A model generated the notes under the pieces. The model saw only the letters and a list, made by a program, of their open reading frames with translations, made no database searches and was not told the origin of the DNA. The translations under genes and the position numbers were made by a program. Below, piece after piece: positions 36,947-45,854 of a stretch of 63,840 nucleotides of DNA. The DNA lies in NCBI GenBank assembly GCA_035493495.1, contig DATJIG010000142.1:1-63840 (forward strand), given 5' to 3'. Source of the stretch: Alphaproteobacteria bacterium (GTDB lineage: Bacteria; Pseudomonadota; Alphaproteobacteria; SMXQ01). Position 1 is the stretch's first letter. Every line of letters begins with the position of its first letter.

Positions 36947-37699
36947 TCAGGCCTTCGGCTTCTCGAAACGCAGAACGAACTCGTCGACATTGACCTTGCG
37001 CTGATTGACGTTCTCGGTGTGGTCGTCCTCGGGGTGGGCGAAGAACTTGCCTTCGTCGACGAGCTTGAATCCCGCCGCCTCAACCTCCTTGATCAACGTG
37101 GCCTTCTCGATCCGGTGCAGCGTCTTGCCGACGTTGGCACCATCGCCAGCCTTTGCCGCATGATCGGCGATGACTAGGCTTCCGCCAGGTTTCAGCGCAT
37201 CGAACATCTTCTTGTCCATCTGCGCCCGATCGACGGGCATGTACGTCGTGTCGTGGTAGAAAAAGAAAAACGTGATCATGTCGAGGTTTTTGACGTCCGG
37301 GGGCACCGGATCGTCGAACGGGCGGCCGACTGCAACGATATTGTGGGCCGGGACCGTCGCGTTGCGCTGCGCGAGCCGGTCCTTCATGCGATCCGCGAAC
37401 TCGGGCGCGTTCTGGGCGTACACCTTGCCCGTCGGGCCGACGGCCCGCGCGACGATGTCGCTGCTGTAGCCGCCGCCGGCGCCCATATCGAGCACCGTCA
37501 TCCCCGGCCGGGCGCCGGTGAAAGCCAGCAGCTTCACCGGGTCGCGCCGCTTATCGCTGGTACGATCGGCGTCGCTACGGCCCGGGTCCGCCATCAGCGC
37601 GGCGTAGTCGGGCGCCGCCTGGGCGCGTACGGGGCCGGGAGCGCTCGCCAGCAAAAGGCCGGCCAAAGCGATGAAAAGCGAGAATCGGAATGCGGTCAC
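36947..37699 (-). CDS. class I SAM-dependent methyltransferase with an N-terminal signal peptide (COG4798-like)
   Basis: GTG start with a GGGAGG RBS. Signal peptide LLLASAPGPVRA-QA. SAM motif I VLDMGAGGGY. Confidence 0.8.
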   Translation of the reverse strand: MTAFRFSLFIALAGLLLASAPGPVRAQAAPDYAALMADPGRSDADRTSDKRRDPVKLLAFTGARPGMTVLDMGAGGGYSSDIVARAVGPTGKVYAQNAPEFADRMKDRLAQRNATVPAHNIVAVGRPFDDPVPPDVKNLDMITFFFFYHDTTYMPVDRAQMDKKMFDALKPGGSLVIADHAAKAGDGANVGKTLHRIEKATLIKEVEAAGFKLVDEGKFFAHPEDDHTENVNQRKVNVDEFVLRFEKPKA

Positions 37700-37755
37700 G
37701 GGGTGCCTCCCATAGTTAGCCGCGGGCTGCCGTCCCCCAATCGATCGGCGCCGGG

Positions 37756-39369
37756 TCAGGGCGATGATACCACGCGCCCGTTGGCGTTGGCGGCAGGAGC
37801 GATGTCCTCGGTATCGGCCGCTGGCGCCGGCGAGAAAACCAGCGACGGCGCGCCGGAACGAACGGCGGCGGGCCGTCGGGCGGCCTCGGGTAGGGTCGCG
37901 GTCCGCTGTTCGAGGCGGCGGATGAAGTCGAGGATGATCAGCCGGTAAAGTTCGTCCTTGAGCACCGTGTCCTCGACGCCGGAGTCGATGTTCGGGTTGT
38001 CATTGACCTCAACCACCACCAGCCCGCGCGGCGTCTGCTTGATGTCGACGCCGTAAAGGCCGTCGCCGATCAGGCTCGCCGCCTTGGTGCCGAGCGCCAC
38101 GACGTCGGCCGGCGCATCCTCGACCGCGAAGGTGCGGTCGCCGCCCTCGATGTACTTATCGCTGCCGGGCCCCGCATACTTCACGACCTGCCAGTGATCC
38201 TTGGCCATGAAATACTGGCATACGAAGATCGGTGTCCCGTTGAGCACACCCACCCGCCAGTCGAATTCCGTCTGCAGGAACTCCTGGGCGAGGATCAGAT
38301 CGGATTCCTCGAACAGCCGGTCGGCAATGCTCTCGAGCTCGGCCCGGGTGCTCGCCTTGTGGACGCCGCGCGAGAACGCCCCGTCGGGAATTTTCAGCAC
38401 GATCGGGTAGCTGAACTCGGTCTCGACCCGCCCGAGCTGGCGGCGGTCGACGGCGAGCGTCTTCGGCGTCGGCACGGCGTTGGCCTGCATCAGCTCGGCC
38501 AGATAAATCTTGTTGGCGCACTGCAGGATCGACTGCGGGCTGTCGATCACCGGCATGCCTTCGGCTTCCGCCTTCTTGGCGAAGCGGTAGGTGTGGTCGT
38601 CGATATCCGTGGTCTCGCGGATGAACAGAGCGTCGAACTCCGGCAACCGTCCGTAGTCCTTGCGCGTGATCAGCTCGATCTCGACGCCGAGGGATTCGCC
38701 GACGCGGATGAATTTCTTCAGCGCGCGCTCGTTCGACGGCGGGATGCGCTCGTCAGGGTTGTGCAGCATCGCGATGTAGTAGACGGCCGACTGCGTCGCC
38801 CGTGCGCGCCGCCAGCTCGCATGGGTGTAGCGGTCAAGCGCCTGGGCAAAGAGCGGCTCTTGGGAGGCCGTGAGATCGCGCAGCGCCATCGGCCGGATGG
38901 CGATGACCTCGAGGCCGTCCTTGCGGTGGCGCAGGTCGATCGCCAGCATCGGGCAGCGGAAGCGCGCGAAGATGTCGCGCGCGACTTCGGCAAAGCGCGG
39001 ATCGTCGGGCTCACCGAAGAACATGTGTACGGTGAAGGCGAGAGGCTCGCCGGGCTCCGGCACGAAGGTCTTGCGCACCAGCGCATTGATGTCCGGCAGC
39101 TCGCTCTGGTAGATGCGTTTCCAGTTGAGGTCGAGCAGCGTCTCGACCGACGGCACGACACGCTGGCCGCGCGCACCGGCGATGAGCGAGGCGTAGTACC
39201 CGAGCGACAGATAGCTGTAGTCGCGGCATAAGTTGATGACACGACTCGATGCGGAGAAGCGCTTGGCGGGATCGCTGACGGCGAAGTCTCGGGCGGCGAC
39301 CACTACGCGATCGGGCGCCGGCCATTTGAAATCGTCCTCGCGGTCGACGACGATCAGATGCAGGGCCAT
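37756..39369 (-). CDS. RimK-like ATP-grasp ligase with a large dedicated N-terminal domain
   Basis: 537 aa. ATP-grasp motifs (PIVLKIPDGAFSRGVHK, LAQEFLQTEFDWRVGVL, VVVEVNDNPNID) occupy roughly residues 200-480. An N-domain of about 190 aa precedes them and an Ala/Pro-rich tail follows. Confidence 0.85.
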   Translation of the reverse strand: MALHLIVVDREDDFKWPAPDRVVVAARDFAVSDPAKRFSASSRVINLCRDYSYLSLGYYASLIAGARGQRVVPSVETLLDLNWKRIYQSELPDINALVRKTFVPEPGEPLAFTVHMFFGEPDDPRFAEVARDIFARFRCPMLAIDLRHRKDGLEVIAIRPMALRDLTASQEPLFAQALDRYTHASWRRARATQSAVYYIAMLHNPDERIPPSNERALKKFIRVGESLGVEIELITRKDYGRLPEFDALFIRETTDIDDHTYRFAKKAEAEGMPVIDSPQSILQCANKIYLAELMQANAVPTPKTLAVDRRQLGRVETEFSYPIVLKIPDGAFSRGVHKASTRAELESIADRLFEESDLILAQEFLQTEFDWRVGVLNGTPIFVCQYFMAKDHWQVVKYAGPGSDKYIEGGDRTFAVEDAPADVVALGTKAASLIGDGLYGVDIKQTPRGLVVVEVNDNPNIDSGVEDTVLKDELYRLIILDFIRRLEQRTATLPEAARRPAAVRSGAPSLVFSPAPAADTEDIAPAANANGRVVSSP

Positions 39370-40485
39370 TCAGCGGGCCCCGTTACGGTTATTGCCGCGC
39401 CGCAGCAGCAGCGTGGCGCGCTGATGCGTCTGGCCGTACTGCGCCATGCGGTCGAAGTTCTTGAGCGGAACCGGCAGGTGCATGCGATCGGTCGCGGTGT
39501 GGGCTTGGGCGCCGTCCACGTACGGATCGTGCAGGTACACGTAGCTGTCGTCGAAGCCGGTCACGACCACCCAGTGCGGCTGCTTTTCCCCCGTCAGAAG
39601 ATACGCAGAGATCAGGACGACGGGGATCGCGCCTTCCTCGAATTTCTCACGGAGTGCGGCGACCGGCAATGGCCGCCTGTTCACCGGCACGCCGGCGGCG
39701 CGGATCTGGGTGATGAAATCCTTGTGAACGAGGCGGATGACTGCCTTTTTGCGCGGGTCGCGCACGGAGTCCTCGAACGGCACGCCGCGATCCGTGACGT
39801 ACAGCTCGGCGTCGAAGCCGCGCTTGGTGGCGGCGAGCGCCAGCCCATAGGCCGAGCAGCCGCCGAGGCCCGATGTCATGAACACCGTCGTCGCTTCGCG
39901 CCAGATGCGTAGTTCTTCGTTGGTGGTGACCTCGGACCCGGCTTCGAGACCCCGCATCGCCATCATCAGCGCCGCCGGCCCGCAGGTGAAATCCAGGCTC
40001 TGCGGCCAATAGGGAATCTTCGCCGCGGTCGGCGCAGGACCCGGTGCGATCGCCTTCTGCATCCGCACCGCGTCGGCGCGATCTTCGTAATACGCCTCGT
40101 GGAAGCCGAATCGGCGATAGCCCGCCCGGTAGTACAGCGACTGCGTGCGTTTGTCGTCGGCACGGACCTCGAGCCGCATGTAGGCGGCCTGGGCTTTGCG
40201 CGCCGCGAGCTCGGCGGCGGCGAGCAGCGCCCGGCCGATGCCCTCACGGCGGTGACTTGGGTCGACGGCGATCGAATACAGACGTGCGAGCGGGGTGCCG
40301 CGGCTGAACAGCACCAGCACGTAGCCGCGGATCACGCCACGGCGGTCGACGTCGACCAGCGTCGCGCCCTTGGCCCGCGAAATCATGTAGCGGAAGCTGC
40401 GCGGCGACAGACGGTCGGTACGGAACGACCGGTTCTCGATGCGCACCAGGGCTGGGATGTCCGCTTCTTCGGCGGGTCGGATCAT
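39370..40485 (-). CDS. GNAT N-acetyltransferase fused to a papain-like (C39-like) cysteine peptidase domain
   Basis: GNAT motif A SIAVDPSHRREGIGRALL in the N-terminal half. Peptidase motifs QSLDFTCGPAALMMAM (Gln/Cys) and PHWVVVTGFDDSYVYLHDP (His/Asp) in the C-terminal half. The stop abuts the RimK-like ATG (TGAATG). Confidence 0.85.
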   Translation of the reverse strand: MIRPAEEADIPALVRIENRSFRTDRLSPRSFRYMISRAKGATLVDVDRRGVIRGYVLVLFSRGTPLARLYSIAVDPSHRREGIGRALLAAAELAARKAQAAYMRLEVRADDKRTQSLYYRAGYRRFGFHEAYYEDRADAVRMQKAIAPGPAPTAAKIPYWPQSLDFTCGPAALMMAMRGLEAGSEVTTNEELRIWREATTVFMTSGLGGCSAYGLALAATKRGFDAELYVTDRGVPFEDSVRDPRKKAVIRLVHKDFITQIRAAGVPVNRRPLPVAALREKFEEGAIPVVLISAYLLTGEKQPHWVVVTGFDDSYVYLHDPYVDGAQAHTATDRMHLPVPLKNFDRMAQYGQTHQRATLLLRRGNNRNGAR

Positions 40486-40560
40486 GGGCAGGCAGCGGTC
40501 AAAAGGACCACTCGGTTGTAACGGTCGGGTGGCCTCGGCGGCAAGCGCAAGGACCGGCTG

Positions 40561-41694
40561 CTAGTCCGCCGTTTCGCGATACACCGCAAGGGTTTCCTCC
40601 GCAACCCGCCGGTCGCCGAAGCCGGATTCGGCGAGCGCCCGGCCGGCGGCCCCCATCCTGCGCCGGATCCCGTCCTCGGCGGCGAGGCGGGCGATGGCGG
40701 ATGCCAGCGCCGCGGGGTCATGGGCGGGCACCAGAACGCCGTTCTCGCCGTCGCGCACGATCTCGCGCAGGCCGGGCCCATCGGCGGCGACGATCGGCCG
40801 GCCGCACGCCGCCGCCTCGATCAGGCACTTGGGAACCCCTTCGCCGTAGAACGACGGCAGGACGGCGATGTGACTCTCGGCCCACAGCGCGGGCATGTCG
40901 CTGACGAAGCCGCGCCACGACACTACGCCCTCGTCGTGCCAGGCGCGGAGCTGCCGCTCGGGTATCGAGGCGGGATTGTCGGGATCCGGCTTGCCGGCCA
41001 GGATCACGCGGACATTGGCGCCGTCGCGCTTCAGGATGCGCGCGGCCTCCACCAGGTCGCCGATGCCCTTGGCCCAGATCATGCGCGAGGCCAGCGTCGC
41101 GCTCACCGGGCGGCTCTCCCGCTCGGGCACCGCCTGGAACCGGGTCAGGTCGACGCCGGAGCCGCGGATCAGGCGAATGCGCCCGCGCTCGATCTCGCAC
41201 TCGCGCACCAGCACGTCGGCGTCGTCGGGGTTCTGGACGATGATCACGCTCCCCGGACGCCGCAGCAGAAAGCGGAAGCCGGCGCGGACGATCGGCCGCA
41301 GCAGGCGCGCGCGCGTGCTGGTCGACGAGAACACGAAGCCGAGGCCGGTGATCGCGTTGACGACCCGCGGCACGCCCGCGAGCCAGGCGGCGAGCGATCC
41401 CACCAGCGCCGGTTTGACCGCGACGTGGTGGACAATGTCCGGCCGTAACCGCCGATACAGTCCGACGAGGCGCATGAGGGCCGCGAGCTCCGCGAACGGA
41501 TTGAGGCTCCGGCGCGCCCAGGCGAGGGGCATGAGGTCGAATCCTTCAGCCTCGATCTGGGCGCCATGGTCCGCGACACGGGTCGCCACCATCACGTCGT
41601 AGCCCGCATCGCGGGCCGCGCGTGCGATCGGCAGACGATGGCTGACGAAGACCCAGTCTTCGGTGACGAGATAAACGATGCGCGGCTTGGTCAT
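40561..41694 (-). CDS. glycosyltransferase family 4
   Basis: 377 aa, GT-B pattern. The C-terminal EGVPKCLIEAAACGRPIV (E-x7-E-like region). ATGA overlap with the upstream gene. Confidence 0.85.
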   Translation of the reverse strand: MTKPRIVYLVTEDWVFVSHRLPIARAARDAGYDVMVATRVADHGAQIEAEGFDLMPLAWARRSLNPFAELAALMRLVGLYRRLRPDIVHHVAVKPALVGSLAAWLAGVPRVVNAITGLGFVFSSTSTRARLLRPIVRAGFRFLLRRPGSVIIVQNPDDADVLVRECEIERGRIRLIRGSGVDLTRFQAVPERESRPVSATLASRMIWAKGIGDLVEAARILKRDGANVRVILAGKPDPDNPASIPERQLRAWHDEGVVSWRGFVSDMPALWAESHIAVLPSFYGEGVPKCLIEAAACGRPIVAADGPGLREIVRDGENGVLVPAHDPAALASAIARLAAEDGIRRRMGAAGRALAESGFGDRRVAEETLAVYRETAD

Positions 41695-42584
41695 TGCGAC
41701 GTCTTGGTCAACAGGATGTCGGCCCCGGACGTCCGCAGGTCATCATCGGACAGGGCGCGGAACTCCGCGGCGAATGATTCGCGGGGCAAGGGAATCGCAT
41801 CCCACCGGTCCTGCGCCAGGACGGAGACCCAAAAGCCGGCGTTTTCGAACGCGGCCTTTATCTCGGAAAATCTCAGTCGATTGGTATAAAACCCCGAGCG
41901 CCTGGCGAACCACGGCCTCTCCCATGAGGGCTGCGCGAACCGCAGGTTGTTCAGCGACGCCTGCAGGTGATCCTTGAAGTCGATGCGGTGGCTGGCGATC
42001 CCGCTTGGCCGCTGGATGCGGTGCAGCTCGCGTGCCGTCGCCGCGAATTCGGCGAGGGGCACGTGCTCGAGAACCGCCTGCGAGAACGCGAGATCGACCG
42101 AGTCGGAGGCGAGGGATGCCAGGCCGCGCAGCCCGTCGGTCCGGACGCGGGCGTTGACCGCCGCAAGAAGCGCGTCGACGGAGCCGCACGCCTGCAGCGA
42201 GCGAAGATCGCGCATGCCGGGGCGCTCGGCGAGCCTGGCGAGAAGCGGTCGATAGGCGGCGATGTCGCGCACCGCGAAGTCACCGGCGTCGACGAGGACG
42301 CCGCCGCCGGCTCCGAACGCCCACGCGACGACGGCGGTGGCGAGCGATTCGCCCGGGCCGAGTTCGAGGTAGGTGAAGCCGGAACCGGGCGCGCCCGCGC
42401 GCTTCCAGTGGGTCTCGAAGACACGGATGGCGTAGTCCGGATCGCGCATGAAGCCCGGCGCGAACAGTCCGATGCGGTGCCACGCCCGCATCGGCACCGG
42501 CAGTCTTGCGAGCGTCACCTTGGCGGCGATCTTCGCCCACCACGGCACGAACGTGTGCAGCGACGCCTTCGTGTCGCCGCTCAT
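41691..42584 (-). CDS. class I SAM-dependent methyltransferase
   Basis: Internal ATG at 42584 overlaps the asnB stop (ATGA). Motif I YLELGPGES. DLAFSQAVLEHV. Confidence 0.7.
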   Translation of the reverse strand: MSGDTKASLHTFVPWWAKIAAKVTLARLPVPMRAWHRIGLFAPGFMRDPDYAIRVFETHWKRAGAPGSGFTYLELGPGESLATAVVAWAFGAGGGVLVDAGDFAVRDIAAYRPLLARLAERPGMRDLRSLQACGSVDALLAAVNARVRTDGLRGLASLASDSVDLAFSQAVLEHVPLAEFAATARELHRIQRPSGIASHRIDFKDHLQASLNNLRFAQPSWERPWFARRSGFYTNRLRFSEIKAAFENAGFWVSVLAQDRWDAIPLPRESFAAEFRALSDDDLRTSGADILLTKTSQ

Positions 42585-44527
42585 TCTGGCCTCCCGAGCG
42601 ACTGCATCCAGCGGCGGTGCCATGACACCCACATCAACACGGTCCACAGCTCATGGGCCCAGTTCTGGCGGCCGCCGAGGTGCTGACGCCACTTCGTGCG
42701 CACCGGCTCGGCATGGGGGATGTCGGCGCCGTGCAGGCTCTTCTCCGACAGAAGATCCTCGGCCCAGGCGCGCAACGGTCCGCGCATCCAGTCGCCGATC
42801 GGCACGCCGAAGCCGGTCTTCGGCCGCTCGATCAGCGACCGCGGCACGTAGCGGTCGAGTACGCGGCGCAGCAGCCACTTGGTGCTGCCGTCGCGGATCA
42901 GGAGGTCGGGCGGCAGGCGCCACACGAACTCGACCACGCGATGGTCGAGCAGCGGCACGCGCGCCTCGAGCGACACCGCCATGCTGGCGCGATCGACCTT
43001 CGCCAGAATGTCATCGGGCAGGTAGGTGATCAGATCGAGGTAGCGCATGCGCGCGACGAACGCCGGGATGTCGCGGGCGAGCGACGGATCGTCAATCGGA
43101 CTCGCGGGCTCGTCGGTCGGGCCGAGCAGCGACCCGGGGCTTTCCCAGAAATTGACGAGGCGGCGATAGATATCGTCGGGACGCGCGCGATCGAGGATGG
43201 CCGCAAGCTTCTTCACCTTGTCGCCGACCTGCGCCGGGCGGCGGCCGCGCGGAATCAGCGACGCCGCGGCATCCCAGAACGCCACCGGCACGGATTCCAT
43301 CATCCGTCCGACAGCGGCGCGCACCGGAGGTGGAACCGGCCCGAGGCGGCGCCAGATCCGCTCTGCCCAGATGTAGCGGTTGTAGCCCGCGAACAACTCG
43401 TCGCCGCCGTCCCCCGACAAGGCGACCGTCACGTGCCGCCTCGTCAACTCCGAGACAAGGAACGTCGGAATGGCGGACGCGTCCGCGAACGGCTCGTCGT
43501 AGATGTCGGGAAGCCTCGGAATGACATCACGCGCGCGCGCAGCATCGAGGATCAGCTCGGTGTGCTCGGTGCCGAGGTGCTTCGCGACGGCACGGGCATG
43601 CGGCGCCTCGTCGAACGACTCCTCATTGAAGCCGATGGTGAACGTGCGGACCGGCCGCGACGAGGCCGACTGCATCAACGCGACCACGGTCGAGGAATCG
43701 ACGCCCCCCGACAGGAAGGCGCCGAGCGGCACGTCGGCGACCATGCGCCGGGTCACCGCGTCCTTGAGGAGATCGTGGAGCGCGGCTTCGGCTTCGACCG
43801 GATCGCGTGGCGGCTTCGGTTGCAGGGCGACGGCGCGCGCATCCCAAAATTTCCGCGTGCTCGTCTCGCCGTCGGGGCCGACCGTCAGGACCGTGCCGGG
43901 TTCGAGCTTGAACACGTCGCGGTAGATCGCGCGCGGTGCCGGAACGTAGGCGAAGCGCAGGAACGCGGCCTGGGCGCCGCGATCGATCTCGGGCTTGAAC
44001 TCCGGCAGGGCGAAGAACGCCTTCAACTCTGACGCAAAAGCGATGGTCTGTCCGATGCGCGCCCAATACACCGGCTTGATGCCGAGGCGATCGCGGACGA
44101 GCGACAGCGTGCGCGTCCTCTTGTCCCACCAGGCGAAGGCGAACATGCCGATGAGTCGCGATGCGGTCTCGGCGACGCCGAACCGCGCGCAGAATTCGGC
44201 CAACACTTCGGTATCGGAATGGCCGCGGAACGGTCCCGCGCCATGGCGCCCCAGTTCGGCGCGTAGCTCGTCGGCGTTGTAGACCTCACCGTTGTACGAG
44301 ATCACGCCGCTGCCGTCGGCGCATGTCATCGGCTGATGGCCGGCCGGGGAGAGGTCGACGATCGACAGCCGGCGATGGCCGAGGCCGACGCCCGTCGCGC
44401 CGTCTGCCCAGGCGCCCCAATCGTCTGGCCCGCGGTAGGGAAGTGCTGCGGCCATGCGCTCGGCCAGGCCTCTGAGCTCTGGCTCGCTGCGGCTGGCGGG
44501 ACCGACAAATCCGGCAATACCGCACAT
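42581..44527 (-). CDS. asnB: asparagine synthase (glutamine-hydrolysing), polysaccharide-cluster type
   Basis: Internal ATG at 44527. MCGIAG Ntn nucleophile and SGGVDSS PP-loop. 648 aa. Confidence 0.93.
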   Translation of the reverse strand: MCGIAGFVGPASRSEPELRGLAERMAAALPYRGPDDWGAWADGATGVGLGHRRLSIVDLSPAGHQPMTCADGSGVISYNGEVYNADELRAELGRHGAGPFRGHSDTEVLAEFCARFGVAETASRLIGMFAFAWWDKRTRTLSLVRDRLGIKPVYWARIGQTIAFASELKAFFALPEFKPEIDRGAQAAFLRFAYVPAPRAIYRDVFKLEPGTVLTVGPDGETSTRKFWDARAVALQPKPPRDPVEAEAALHDLLKDAVTRRMVADVPLGAFLSGGVDSSTVVALMQSASSRPVRTFTIGFNEESFDEAPHARAVAKHLGTEHTELILDAARARDVIPRLPDIYDEPFADASAIPTFLVSELTRRHVTVALSGDGGDELFAGYNRYIWAERIWRRLGPVPPPVRAAVGRMMESVPVAFWDAAASLIPRGRRPAQVGDKVKKLAAILDRARPDDIYRRLVNFWESPGSLLGPTDEPASPIDDPSLARDIPAFVARMRYLDLITYLPDDILAKVDRASMAVSLEARVPLLDHRVVEFVWRLPPDLLIRDGSTKWLLRRVLDRYVPRSLIERPKTGFGVPIGDWMRGPLRAWAEDLLSEKSLHGADIPHAEPVRTKWRQHLGGRQNWAHELWTVLMWVSWHRRWMQSLGRPE

Positions 44528-45642
44528 CAGGCGGCCTTCACGGCTTGCGCGGCGATGTCGCGGTAGAGCTGCTCGTAGCGCCGCACGACCGCCTCGATCG
44601 AGAACTCGGATGCGATGCGTCGCCGCGCCGCCTCGCCGGCCCGCGCCCGGGCTTCCTCCGATTGGTCGAGGAAGCGCACGATTGCCCGTGCGAGCGCCCG
44701 GTCGTCGCCCGGGGGAACGACAGCACCAGTGGCACCGATGATCGTCGCCGCGTCGCCGACATCGGTGGCGATGCACGGCACGCCGGCGGCCATGGCCTCG
44801 CCGAGGGCATTCGGGAAACCTTCGGTGTGCCGCGACGGCAGGACCGCGAGGTCGAGCGCCGGCAGCAGGCTGGCGACGTCGCTGCGCTCGCCGAGCGCCT
44901 GAACCTTGTCGGCAATGGCTTCGGGAATGTGCAGCATCTCGGTGTCGCGGCCGACCAGCACGAACCGCGCGTCGGGTAGCGCCGCGGCAACATCGACGGC
45001 CGCGTGGAGAAAGCCCGCGTGATTTTTCATCGGATCGACGCGGGCGACCATACCGATGAGGAGATTCCGGTCCGTGACGCCGAGTTGCGCGCGCTGCTCG
45101 GCACGCAGCGCATCGTCGGGGCGGAAGCGGTCGAGGTCGAAACCATTGGGCAGGACGAGCCAACGGCGGGGATGGTAGCCGAGGGCCACATGGTCGCGGC
45201 GCCCGGCCTCGCTGTTGGCGATCACCGCCAGCGGTCGGCGCGAGCCGCGGGCGAGCATGTACGGCAGCACGCGTGTGCGCAGCGGGAAATCGCCGCCGCC
45301 GAGCCGCGTGCCGCGGAGGTTCCAGATCAGCTTGATGTGCGGGTACAGGAACGACATCACCAGTCCGGCAAAATCGCCGTGATAGAGCCACGTCTGCAGG
45401 ATGTCCGGCCGCTCGGCGCGGAGCAGTCGCGCGAGCCGCACTGCGGTCCGGATCGCGCCCCGGTCACGGCCCATCCCGAGCACGTGCACGGGCACTCCGG
45501 TCGCGCGGATCTCGTCGGCCAGCGCGTCCTCACCGCTGAGAACGACGACGACCGCGTCGATGGCCGCCCGATCGCGGTGCTGCAGCAGCTTGAGCAGCAT
45601 GCCTTCGGCCCCCGCGCGGCGCAGGCCGGTGATGAGGTGCAT
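44527..45642 (-). CDS. glycosyltransferase family 4
   Basis: Internal ATG at 45642 (MHLITGLRRAGAEGM...). The C-terminal EGFPNALGEAMAAGVPCI motif. The stop overlaps the asnB start (TGATG). Confidence 0.85.
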   Translation of the reverse strand: MHLITGLRRAGAEGMLLKLLQHRDRAAIDAVVVVLSGEDALADEIRATGVPVHVLGMGRDRGAIRTAVRLARLLRAERPDILQTWLYHGDFAGLVMSFLYPHIKLIWNLRGTRLGGGDFPLRTRVLPYMLARGSRRPLAVIANSEAGRRDHVALGYHPRRWLVLPNGFDLDRFRPDDALRAEQRAQLGVTDRNLLIGMVARVDPMKNHAGFLHAAVDVAAALPDARFVLVGRDTEMLHIPEAIADKVQALGERSDVASLLPALDLAVLPSRHTEGFPNALGEAMAAGVPCIATDVGDAATIIGATGAVVPPGDDRALARAIVRFLDQSEEARARAGEAARRRIASEFSIEAVVRRYEQLYRDIAAQAVKAA

Positions 45643-45854
45643 GATCTTCAGTGGCGGGCGGCGGGGGTCGGACACTGCGGCAAATCTTGCCAGAAATCGG
45701 GGGCTGGGTCGAACGCGGTGCGTTGCTTTCCCTCGGGTTCGCACCATGCTAAAAAGCGGCCCGTCGTGCCGCGCAGGCCACCTCGTGTACAATCCCCGGA
45801 AAATCTCCACAAGCTCAGGGTTGAGGTTTCGTCGGGAGTCGGTCCCGGCGACCA

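Noticed and set aside
44528-45391. The upstream extension of the asnB ORF (42581..45391).
   Set aside because: AsnB-type enzymes must begin Met-Cys (MCGIAG at 44527). The extension overlaps the GT4 gene in another frame and is Arg/Pro-rich.
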